Source of the DNA: an uncultured Dehalococcoidales bacterium
GTDB taxonomy: Bacteria; Chloroflexota; Dehalococcoidia; GIF9; AB-539-J10
NCBI GenBank assembly: GCA_964654015.1
Contig: CAZZHQ010000001.1
Location: 6,455-70,454 of the forward strand
Length of the DNA: 64,000 bases
Reading direction: 5' to 3'
Shown here: positions 38,770 to 47,433 of the stretch, piece by piece
Position numbering within the stretch: position 1 is the first letter of the stretch
Layout of the letters: each line of letters starts with the position of its first letter
Notes under the pieces: model-generated
Database searches by the model: none
What the model was told of the DNA's origin: nothing
What the model saw: the letters and a program-made list of their open reading frames with translations, nothing else
Translations under genes and position numbers: made by a program

Positions 38770-39120
38770 TTAATACCTGCGTCTTCCTCCTCCTCCTCCG
38801 GATCTATTGTCCCTACCGCCACCACCATAACCACCACCGCTTCCTCTGTCGCCATACGACCCGCCACTTCGATTGTCAGGACGCGGACGAGCTTCGTTTA
38901 CCACTATCGTCCGTTCTCCCATAACTTTACCATTCAAAGCCTCGATCGCAGCTTCGCTTTCAGGCTTTGAGGTCATTTCAACAAAAGCAAATCCTTTCGG
39001 TCGCCCACTGAATTTGTCAGTTATTATGCTTACTGACGTCACATCCCCGAAAGTCTGAAATTCCTGTTGTAATGCTTCTTCGGTTACCTCATATGGTAGA
39101 TTTCCTACGTAAATTCTCAT
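38770..39120 (-). CDS. RRM-domain RNA-binding protein with Gly/Arg-rich tail
   Basis: RNP2 (IYVGNL) and RNP1 (KGFAFVEM) motifs, plus a C-terminal GGYGGGGRDNRSGGGGGRRR tail. Confidence 0.9.
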   Translation of the reverse strand: MRIYVGNLPYEVTEEALQQEFQTFGDVTSVSIITDKFSGRPKGFAFVEMTSKPESEAAIEALNGKVMGERTIVVNEARPRPDNRSGGSYGDRGSGGGYGGGGRDNRSGGGGGRRRY

Positions 39121-39488
39121 TGATTAATCTCCTCCTTGTTTATTAGTGTTTATTTCCTACCTGCCTATTACAGTTAAGCAGTACCAACCAATTATCTTCC
39201 CCACGATGAGTTTTTGCTCGTTCTTCAGCATTGAAACTAAACTTGATATTAAAGTGGGGGAGTTAAGATTGATTTGTTCTGATAAAACCTGGACAACCTC
39301 CTCTTTATTCTTCCGTTAGAGTCAGGGTCATCCAATACTAAAGAGGAACCAATAAATTTCTGCAAAGCTTGTAACAACCAAAACTGTAACAATTCGAAGA
39401 ACATTATACACTGAAGAAGATTCTTATGCAAACTAAAGAACAGGGTTGCATCTTCCCCCTGTAAATTAGCCCTATTTTCTATATGATG

Positions 39489-39565
39489 TGGTACCCCTGG
39501 GGCGACTCGAACGCCCGACACGCGGTTTAGGAAACCGCTGCTCTATCCACCTGAGCTACAGGGGC
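39489..39565 (-). tRNA. tRNA-Arg (anticodon CCT)
   Basis: Hand-folded cloverleaf: acceptor GCCCCTG/CAGGGGT, D arm GCTC..GAGC, anticodon stem GCGGT/ACCGC with loop TTCCTAA, T arm GGGCG-TTCGAGT-CGCCC. CCA is encoded. Confidence 0.9.
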
Positions 39566-39566
39566 A

Positions 39567-39642
39567 TGGTGGAGATAGGGGGATTCGAACCCCCAACCTC
39601 TGCATTGCGAACGCAGCGCTCTCCCAACTGAGCTATATCCCC
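39567..39642 (-). tRNA. tRNA-Ala (anticodon CGC)
   Basis: Acceptor GGGGATA/TATCTCC with the G3:U70 identity pair, anticodon loop TTCGCAA, T arm GGGGG-TTCGAAT-CCCCC. CCA is encoded. Confidence 0.9.
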
Positions 39643-39723
39643 ATGAATATAATCCTAACAAGGCACCAAAGGCAGGTCAAGTTTGCACCAGAGCTGCCCC
39701 TTATCAAAAAACCTTAAACGAAG

Positions 39724-41112
39724 CTAGGCCTTCATCCTTTTCAACCGCATTGCGGCAGCATCCACCGCCAGCGTCATACAATCAAAGGTCGGTGCGGCAG
39801 GAGGAGCATAGCACGTCTCCAGTTGAAGGAAATCTTTAACGGTCATCCCTTGCAGAATAGCAACAGCAAAGACGTTAACCCGCTGATGCACCTCCTGCTC
39901 TCCTACGATCTGTGCTGCCAGAATTTTCCCATCCTCAGGATTAACCATGACCTTCACATTAATCTCTTTTCCTCCGGGGTAGTATGGAGGCAATGTGGTC
40001 CCTTTGGCTTTGCCCAGCACCGGGGTTATTCCCGCTTTTTTCAGTTCCTTTATTGTTGGTCCCACCGCAGCCACCTGCAGGTTAAACAGCTCTGTCGTCC
40101 TGTTATTCAGAATGCCTCGAGGCATCTCTTCTTCTCCTCCAACAGCATTAACGCTGGCCACTCTACCCTGTTTAACGCCGATACTACCCAGTCCTATTAA
40201 ACATGGCTCCCCCGTAACGATGTCCGGATACTCCGTACAATCTCCCGCCGCATATATATCCTTAACAGATGTCCGCCCCTTCTCATCAATCACTATCCCT
40301 CCAGTAGATCCGATTTTACAGCCTGCCTTCTCTGCCATCTCAATACGAGCCGTGCTTCCCGCGGATATTATCAACAAATCCATCGGATACTCTGTCTCTT
40401 CTCCTGTATCCAGATTTTTAAGAACCACACACTCCATCTTGTCATCCCCCTTGATTTCAGAGACAGTGACCCTCTGTATAAAATGTATGCCCTCCATCTC
40501 CGCATTCTTCTGAACAATGCCAGCCATATCTTCATCTATCATACCAGTAAGCATGTGTGTTCTAAGTCTCACATAGGTATCCATGCCCATCCGAGCCAGT
40601 GCTTCCGCCATCTCCATTCCGACCAGGCCAGACCCTGCTATCATCCCTCGCTTGCTTTTCTTAGCCCAGGCCATAACCCGTTTCGCATCATCCATATCTC
40701 GAAGCGTGAAGACCCCCTTTTTCAAATTTCCCTCTGCACTATAAGCCCCTTTTATTTCAGGTACCCATGACCTGGCTCCTGTAGCAATAATAAGGGCGTT
40801 GTATTCATGCAATCGTTCGTCCCCACCCTGCAAAGACCGTGACTTCACTATTTTCTTCTCTGTATCGATGGCATATACGTCCCTTTCAAGTTGCAAATCA
40901 ATCTTAAATCGCTGGAACCAGGCGGGTGTAAACTCTATCAATTCCTCGAAATCCGGAATAATGTCCCCAAACACATAAGGCAAGCCACATTTGGAGTATA
41001 AACTGTAATGTTCGTCGCCAAGTATCGTTATCTCGGCCTTCATATCTGCCTTTCGGGCAAACTGTGCTGCCGTTGTGCCAGCAGCTCCACTCCCAATAAT
41101 TAACAGTTTCAT
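39724..41112 (-). CDS. FAD-dependent pyridine nucleotide-disulfide oxidoreductase (NADH oxidase/CoA-disulfide reductase-like)
   Basis: GSGAAGTTAA dinucleotide fold, single redox Cys motif YSKCGLPYV, second GxGxxG (AGSGLVGME). 462 aa. Confidence 0.8.
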   Translation of the reverse strand: MKLLIIGSGAAGTTAAQFARKADMKAEITILGDEHYSLYSKCGLPYVFGDIIPDFEELIEFTPAWFQRFKIDLQLERDVYAIDTEKKIVKSRSLQGGDERLHEYNALIIATGARSWVPEIKGAYSAEGNLKKGVFTLRDMDDAKRVMAWAKKSKRGMIAGSGLVGMEMAEALARMGMDTYVRLRTHMLTGMIDEDMAGIVQKNAEMEGIHFIQRVTVSEIKGDDKMECVVLKNLDTGEETEYPMDLLIISAGSTARIEMAEKAGCKIGSTGGIVIDEKGRTSVKDIYAAGDCTEYPDIVTGEPCLIGLGSIGVKQGRVASVNAVGGEEEMPRGILNNRTTELFNLQVAAVGPTIKELKKAGITPVLGKAKGTTLPPYYPGGKEINVKVMVNPEDGKILAAQIVGEQEVHQRVNVFAVAILQGMTVKDFLQLETCYAPPAAPTFDCMTLAVDAAAMRLKRMKA

Positions 41113-41393
41113 ATAACATTCCCTCCTTGGTTTAGTTTCTATTATTCAGACGCCTGTTAAGTGTATCAAATCTGGCTGCTATAATTAAGGATTAAAAAGC
41201 CCCAACTTTGATAATTAGTTGAGGCCAATATAAAAGCTTTAGTTTTATAGGTTAATGGTGGCTCTTTATTCCTTCTCTTTTAGCTTGAGAACTTATCCAA
41301 GCATATATTTTATATTCATCGTTTCCTATCTTCGTGTTTAGCTAACACATAGGCTTTCATTTTGTGGCTTCTTACCAGGGTTTAAAGAGGCTT

Positions 41394-41588
41394 TTATATA
41401 AAGTTTGGGTCTAAGATAGAGCTGAGATAATCCCCAAAGCCTTCGTCTGTTTTCTTTTTTAGGTTCTTTAATTCAGGTGTGATTTCCTCAAGGTAATCTT
41501 TGTCTTTTGGTATCCTTATGCTCTCTAGCCCGGCTTCCAGCCAGACCTTGAGGTAATTGAATCTACTAGGATACCCCTCACCATACAC
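41394..41588 (-). CDS. hypothetical 64-aa protein, last ORF of the candidate defence operon
   Basis: GTG-initiated ORF 17 nt downstream of the OLD-like gene. No domain recognised; it may be a remnant. Confidence 0.3.
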   Translation of the reverse strand: MYGEGYPSRFNYLKVWLEAGLESIRIPKDKDYLEEITPELKNLKKKTDEGFGDYLSSILDPNFI

Positions 41589-41605
41589 AATTGCATTTAA
41601 TCTTA

Positions 41606-43456
41606 TTATAATCCCTCCCTAGCTTTGCCCACATTGCCAGAGTTTCCTTCCACGGCATCATAGATATGAGTTAGTTTATCTTTTATTTCATCATCAATCT
41701 GCTCGGGTATCATTTTCTTAATAACCTTGTCTGCAAGTGGTATTTTCCACCAACCTCTATTTCGACCTTTATCTAGGAGGCAATCAAGCCTACTAACTGT
41801 CTCTCCTACCTCTATCTCGTCGGGTATGTGATCGCTTTTACCCTTTTTCTCAGCATAGTCCCGAGCAAATTGTAATATGATGTCACGAGGATAGTAATCC
41901 TCAAGGTCTCCTTTATCCAAGAACTGGGTATTCGCCTTGGGAACCACATCCTCAGCTTTTTCCCTTACCCATTTGGCATTCCTATCGGCTAAGCAAAATA
42001 ACTTGAAAGTCGTTCTTTGTACCACCTCTGAACTCAAATATTTCTTGATGCTGCCTGCCCCTTCAGCATCAATGACAAGAATATGAGCTCGTTCAAATGG
42101 CTTTCCCATTTTCCTTGCCCAGTCTGCATAGACATCCTTATCTGTAGGTCCTTCTACAACCAAAACTCCATTTGCTAGGAGAAGATCCGAGGGTTTTACA
42201 CCCAGATTGTAGAACAAATCCGACAGGTTATTAGTGTTTAGAGGATCAATCAGGGAATATTTCTGGCCTGACTCGCTATCTTTATTGATGTAAACATAGA
42301 AAATGTTTCCTCCTATGCTTAGAAACTGATCAATAAACACATTAGAGTGGGTAGCAATTAAGTACTGGTGTTTGAAAGTGTCTTGGTTGTCAGCCAGAAA
42401 ACGCAGCATTTTCCTCTGTAAATCAGGGTGAAAATGAACCTCTGGCTCTTCTATTAAAACTACCTTATTAGAACCGTGACGCACAATTTTAGTAGCCATA
42501 GCAAGCATTTGCTCGACACCAGAGCCATAGTGGCTCAATGGTAACAGCAGTCCCCCCGCTCTGATCTGTATATCGCGTTTTCCCCCCTGTCCTGGGGGAA
42601 AATTGACTAAAATGTCCCGGTCGTCAGCAAAGATGAGCTCCTTGATAAAGTCCTGCACTCGTGAGAGTATTGTGAGTTCAGCCTGTCCAGCATCACGCAA
42701 GTTCGCCAGCGAGTTGACAGTCTCATCACCTGGTTCAATCTTACGAACGGCGACAACATGCACACATAATTCCTTGACAACCTCACCGTAAAGCTTCCCT
42801 AGAAATTCTCTGAGGCTATTTTCTATGAGTGGGTAGTGCCTGCTCCAAAGCTCATCATTACAAGGACCTATGATCTTATAAATAGTCTCGTCTTTGAAAC
42901 CATCTTCCACCAAAGCTAGAATTTTCCTATTATCTCTGTCGAACAGGGTAGGTTCTTTACTATATGCAGGGTAGTCATTGGGTATTTTCACCTTTGTGAG
43001 ACTGGTATAGAAGTGTCCCTCTCTATGCTCGATAAATCCGCTTATTTTGATAATCTTAGGATAGCCATTCTTACGTTGAAACATGAATAAAACAGGGGGA
43101 TTCGTATTCCTTTCATCGTGCCCATCAATCATCTCAACTAAAGCCTGGTCACTCTTTTCGATTTCCAGGGAGAAACAAAATGATATTTTCTTGGTTAAAT
43201 CCTGGCTGAAAAACCAATCCTTGAAGTAGGAAGAATCGCCATGGAAGGCGATTGGAAAATTAGATAAGTTGCTAGCATTTCTTATAGAGAATAATATCAG
43301 CTCAACGAGGTCCAAGAGCTTTAGAACGTTGGATTTTCCAGCATTGTTAGCGCCTATGAACAAGTTAAAATCTCCCAACTGAAGGCCATCCTCATTATTT
43401 AAGCCCTTCTCACCGAAACTCAAGCAATTCTTAATTGACAGCTCTCGAATCTTCAC
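41606..43456 (-). CDS. OLD-family nuclease: ABC-type ATPase plus C-terminal Toprim
   Basis: Walker A GANNAGKSN, signature-like GSGVEQ, Walker B VVLIEEPEVHFHP, H-loop ATHS. The C-terminal region has Toprim acidic motifs (VVEGPTDKD, VIDAEG, LADRN). Confidence 0.8.
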   Translation of the reverse strand: MKIRELSIKNCLSFGEKGLNNEDGLQLGDFNLFIGANNAGKSNVLKLLDLVELILFSIRNASNLSNFPIAFHGDSSYFKDWFFSQDLTKKISFCFSLEIEKSDQALVEMIDGHDERNTNPPVLFMFQRKNGYPKIIKISGFIEHREGHFYTSLTKVKIPNDYPAYSKEPTLFDRDNRKILALVEDGFKDETIYKIIGPCNDELWSRHYPLIENSLREFLGKLYGEVVKELCVHVVAVRKIEPGDETVNSLANLRDAGQAELTILSRVQDFIKELIFADDRDILVNFPPGQGGKRDIQIRAGGLLLPLSHYGSGVEQMLAMATKIVRHGSNKVVLIEEPEVHFHPDLQRKMLRFLADNQDTFKHQYLIATHSNVFIDQFLSIGGNIFYVYINKDSESGQKYSLIDPLNTNNLSDLFYNLGVKPSDLLLANGVLVVEGPTDKDVYADWARKMGKPFERAHILVIDAEGAGSIKKYLSSEVVQRTTFKLFCLADRNAKWVREKAEDVVPKANTQFLDKGDLEDYYPRDIILQFARDYAEKKGKSDHIPDEIEVGETVSRLDCLLDKGRNRGWWKIPLADKVIKKMIPEQIDDEIKDKLTHIYDAVEGNSGNVGKAREGL

Positions 43457-43479
43457 TTCAAATATCTACTCCATCGCTT

Positions 43480-46400
43480 TCACTTAGCTTCTAATATTAT
43501 TTTTACCAGATCGTCTATTTGGGCAAGCTCCTCTTTAAGCTCGGCTTTTATCAATCGGCGGGTGTGGCCGATGCTGCGGGATTTTGCGTGTTGTGGGAGC
43601 AGTTGCTCTACCTTTCGGGTACATTGCTCGCCAAGTTGGGAGAGTGCCTTGTGATTTTCATCCGATGAACTGTATTGAGGAATAGGAATTTCTAAAACCT
43701 TTTTGTGAATATCCCTGGGCCCCCACAAACCTCGGCTCTGCATTGGTTTCAGAAGTTCATCTACAGTAGGAGAATTGAGAACAGTAGCCAGATAATAAGC
43801 CTCTTCTTTGTTATCAGTATCAAAATAATACGTCTTGGATTCTGCCACAAACCCCTGTATTTCAACACTCTGTCCCTCAACTTCAATGCTGATGGGTTTG
43901 TCCTCCGCCACGCAGCCACACAGATAGGTAGCAGATGTGGGATAAAGGACTTTATACTTTGCCAAGCGATTTTGGCCTGTGATTCCCTTGATGCGGTCGA
44001 GCCTTTGATAAATGTCCATCTTCTCTGCCTTCTCTCCTCTCCGCTCTTCCCACTCAGACTGAGCCTTTTCCAACCAGTTTGCCAGGTTAAGAAAGCCCTG
44101 GCTGCGGGCTTCATTACTACTCAAAATCTTGAAATGCTTTCCTGAGGGCAGAAGGGGTAAGACCACCAATCTAAAATCCAAATGACCGAAGGGGACAATG
44201 TCTGTGGAAAGCAAAGTGGCATAGAGGAAATCCTTGTCGATGTTTCCTTCAAGTCTTAATCCCTTGTAAGCTGGCTTAGCTTCCTTTTGAGCTCTTTCTG
44301 CTGTCTGAACATAAGGTGTGGTGGGGTCAAAGCCGAACACGGGATGAGATTTTATTTCCACGAACCACAAAGAGCGAGGAACGATAGTCGCACCTTCCTT
44401 AAAATAGGGCTGATAGAAGCTTCTCAAACCCACGGTGGGCTTCCTCTTCGAAGTGCTCAGGAAACTCCGCTTTCCTATCTGGGTGACAAAGAGTTCCTCC
44501 GGAGTAACTGTGAGAGCCTGCTTTGCCTCCGTCAGAGAGGAATTCTTTCGTTTTAGCTTTCCAAAGAAGCTCTGGCATTTTATAGAGCGTCCTGTTTTAA
44601 TTCTCCTTTTGCCGAAGAACACACAGGCGGGCACATTAAATAGTGGCGCTACCTTTTCTAAATCCCAGACTTCCTCGAAACCAAGGTCAAGGGAAAAATA
44701 GGAGCGACGGAAGTTATAATGCTGGTCGGCAGAAAATACGCTTCTAGGAAGGACAAAACCGATAGTTCCTCTTTCCTTAAGGTAAAGGTCAGCAGCTCTA
44801 AGGAAGAACAATGTTGCCAGTTCCATGTGAGTTATTAGTTCGCCTCTGCCGGAGAGAAGCCTGTATTCCTCTATAATTTGCCGCTTGAGAAATTTCTGGT
44901 ATTCACCCTTCTCCACATAACGGTAAGAGAGCCACGGTGGATTGCCCAGAACCACATCGAATTTCCCTTTGAGGAATAGAGGTTTATACAGATTTTTGAG
45001 AATGAAAGCCCAGATGGTGTCTCGCCTTCCTTCTATGAGCTCCTTCATCGTCTTGGCGAGATTGTAGAGGGCGAGGGAAAGAGTTTTATCAGCAGCTATT
45101 CTGGGAGATGCTTTCCCCAGGAAGTTAAGAAATGTTTTCTCGTCTCCCCCTTCTCTGCCAGCGAAATTCCGAGCAAAGTCCTTTGATCCCTCGATAGCTT
45201 CATCGTAAAGTTGGGAGTTATGGGTAAGGAGTTCGGGGATTAGGACTCGCTTCCCATCGATTTCCATCTTGAACCCAAGGAAGGGCATGTCCATGTCCAT
45301 CTGCCCCTCCATCCGGGGAAGCATGATAGAATCAGCAAGATAAACGGGAAGCGAGACAGGCTTTCTTCTCTTCCTAAGTAGATCGCCTAAGGCAAGCAAG
45401 TAATTCGTTTTAGAGATGATTACCGCCAGGGGGTGAATATCTATGCCCGCTACATTTTCAAGAATATGTTCCAATGTATCCCTGGAATTTCCCAGTTGAT
45501 CTCTCTTGTGCTTTATAGTCATATAAAGGAAAGTCCCCGAGCCACAGGCGGGGTCGAGAACAGAGTACCGGGGATTCTCCTCCAAGGTCTTTTCTACCAT
45601 ACGGTGAGCAAGCCAGTCCGGGGTATAGTATTCACCTAAGTCGTGACGTGTCTCAGGATCAACAAGCTGTTGATAGAGTGTCTTGAGAACATCCTCGGAG
45701 AGTTCCTTCAAATTATATCTCAGGAGCAGACTCAGGAGCTTTTTAGAAATATCAAGTCCGATAGCCCCTGAATCCTGCCGTGCTAGCCAGGAGAAGAAGT
45801 CCTCTTCCAGGAAATTGGCGATGCGCTGGCCCCGGAAGAACTCTCCGTTCAATATACTGGATATTTCCTCACTTGAAGGAATTAGACTTTTTTCGGTAAG
45901 TCTCGCCCAGGCAATCAACTTGGCCAGCGTCGCCAGATAAGTATGCCTGAGGAAAAGGTCTTTGCTTCCGATGACGCTACCGTAGGTAACACGGAGATAC
46001 CTCTCCCAGTTTTCGTAAATGACCTGAAAGTCACTTCTATCTTCGACTTGTATCAGGGCGTCTTTCAGCAGTCGAAAGGAAAAGAGAAAAGCAGGACTTC
46101 GCATGCCGAAGTCTCGTTCAATCTCCTCAGTTCGGGGTGGAAGGATTCTTTCCCTGAGGAAATACCTATCCAGCCAGAAATATGCCTGGTATGGGTCTGG
46201 AGTTGGTAACCTGAGCTCATCAACCTTATCAAGCAGGATGTCTTCTGGGAGCAAGGGCTCGGTCAAAGGCTTTTCGGTACTGGGAGAGAATATCTGGAAG
46301 TCTATCCCATCTGCTGCCATGCACAGGTAGTTTACCTTTCGCTCCTCTTCTTCGGACCAGAGGCAGGCGATATATCTCTTAAGCTGATCTTTGGCTTCTG

Positions 46401-46722
46401 GCAGCGTCTTATTCAAATCCCTCTCAAATTCAATCACTAAATTTCCATAAAGATTGTCTACCTTGCCTCTTAACACGATATCCTTTTTCCTGCTCTTCAC
46501 ATATTTTTCGACGCCGTGGAGGTAATCCTCAACGAATTTTGTGTTTACATCTCCGAATATGTCATTGAGAAGTAGAAGGAATCTCTGAGTTTTTGCTGAT
46601 TCCGAGCCCAGGTGGGAAATCTGTTCAACATAATTCTGGATACTCGCTGATTTCTGGACATCAAACAGGTCAGAAAAGCGAGATGGTTTTTCAGGGATTT
46701 TAGGTGGTTCTCTTTTTCTCAC
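43480..46722 (-). CDS. single-chain N6-adenine DNA methyltransferase with MmeI/type IIL-like N-terminal domain and large C-terminal TRD-like region
   Basis: Gamma-class order of GEYYTPDW, motif I DPACGSGTF and motif IV GNPPWLSY. The N-terminal segment GKVDNLYGNLVIEFERDLNK..AKDQLKRYI resembles the MmeI-family nuclease region. 1080 aa. Confidence 0.8.
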   Translation of the reverse strand: MRKREPPKIPEKPSRFSDLFDVQKSASIQNYVEQISHLGSESAKTQRFLLLLNDIFGDVNTKFVEDYLHGVEKYVKSRKKDIVLRGKVDNLYGNLVIEFERDLNKTLPEAKDQLKRYIACLWSEEEERKVNYLCMAADGIDFQIFSPSTEKPLTEPLLPEDILLDKVDELRLPTPDPYQAYFWLDRYFLRERILPPRTEEIERDFGMRSPAFLFSFRLLKDALIQVEDRSDFQVIYENWERYLRVTYGSVIGSKDLFLRHTYLATLAKLIAWARLTEKSLIPSSEEISSILNGEFFRGQRIANFLEEDFFSWLARQDSGAIGLDISKKLLSLLLRYNLKELSEDVLKTLYQQLVDPETRHDLGEYYTPDWLAHRMVEKTLEENPRYSVLDPACGSGTFLYMTIKHKRDQLGNSRDTLEHILENVAGIDIHPLAVIISKTNYLLALGDLLRKRRKPVSLPVYLADSIMLPRMEGQMDMDMPFLGFKMEIDGKRVLIPELLTHNSQLYDEAIEGSKDFARNFAGREGGDEKTFLNFLGKASPRIAADKTLSLALYNLAKTMKELIEGRRDTIWAFILKNLYKPLFLKGKFDVVLGNPPWLSYRYVEKGEYQKFLKRQIIEEYRLLSGRGELITHMELATLFFLRAADLYLKERGTIGFVLPRSVFSADQHYNFRRSYFSLDLGFEEVWDLEKVAPLFNVPACVFFGKRRIKTGRSIKCQSFFGKLKRKNSSLTEAKQALTVTPEELFVTQIGKRSFLSTSKRKPTVGLRSFYQPYFKEGATIVPRSLWFVEIKSHPVFGFDPTTPYVQTAERAQKEAKPAYKGLRLEGNIDKDFLYATLLSTDIVPFGHLDFRLVVLPLLPSGKHFKILSSNEARSQGFLNLANWLEKAQSEWEERRGEKAEKMDIYQRLDRIKGITGQNRLAKYKVLYPTSATYLCGCVAEDKPISIEVEGQSVEIQGFVAESKTYYFDTDNKEEAYYLATVLNSPTVDELLKPMQSRGLWGPRDIHKKVLEIPIPQYSSSDENHKALSQLGEQCTRKVEQLLPQHAKSRSIGHTRRLIKAELKEELAQIDDLVKIILEAK

Positions 46723-47012
46723 TTAAGTTCTCCATGAATAACTCGCCGGGCGATTTCGAAGGCGGCAGCAATACGGATTATCTTGGTATCGCCAAGTCCC
46801 TTTATACCCAAGAGCTTTTCCAACGGCTGGCTTGCCATTCCCTTAAAGCTGCCGAATTTTTGCAGAATCTCCTGAGCAATCTCTTCCGCTGAACTACCCT
46901 GAATACCAGGTGCTATAAGAATAGAAAGAAGCTCGGCATCAGTCAGCGTTTCGGCGCCAAGTTCTCGAAGCTTGCCACCGGGGTGATGCCATTTCTGAGG
47001 CTTATCATTCAT
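46719..47012 (-). CDS. RadC/UPF0758 N-terminal helix-hairpin-helix domain protein lacking the JAB domain
   Basis: LTDAELLSILIAPG...AEEIAQEILQKFGSF..L..IKGLGDTKIIRIAAAFEIARR matches the RadC N-terminal half. The ORF ends where the JAB/MPN domain normally begins, and its TGA overlaps the GTG of the next gene (GTGA). Confidence 0.75.
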   Translation of the reverse strand: MNDKPQKWHHPGGKLRELGAETLTDAELLSILIAPGIQGSSAEEIAQEILQKFGSFKGMASQPLEKLLGIKGLGDTKIIRIAAAFEIARRVIHGELK

Positions 47013-47433
47013 CTTTTATTTTCTAAGTTTATTTACCTATCCAGTAATATTCACCAAGTCAACGTCGAGAGGTTTCTCTTTCAAGGCACTAACCTCCATA
47101 ATAGAAAATTCTATAAGGCGCCTCTCCATTTCTATTTTACACATTACCTAGTCAAACTGTGTCCCTTGAAAACAATCTTCATGGTCGTACCAAACTTATA
47201 CCTTTTATATAAAGTTCCTCTTTGTTTAACCATACTAAGAAAATGTGCCTCGACAAAAAAGCATTATCTTTCTGTAGTTATTTTATCACTACAACATGCA
47301 CTTCTCATACAGTCTATCTCAATTCTCTATTTACACAAAACACTGTAGCCCCAATCAGTACAGATGCTTGCTTTAATCCCTGTCACATAGTATATTCTCT
47401 AACTTAACAGTTAATTGTGAGAGGAGCTGCAAG

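Noticed and set aside
39249-39521. 90-aa ORF overlapping tRNA-Arg
   Set aside because: Its 5' end is made of the tRNA-Arg gene sequence itself and the rest is AT-rich intergenic DNA, so it is spurious.
41113-41393. Direct repeats or att sites delimiting the defence island (also 47013-47433)
   Set aside because: I compared the two AT-rich flanks by eye and found no shared repeat of 12 nt or more, and no integrase gene is adjacent. The island boundaries therefore remain undefined.
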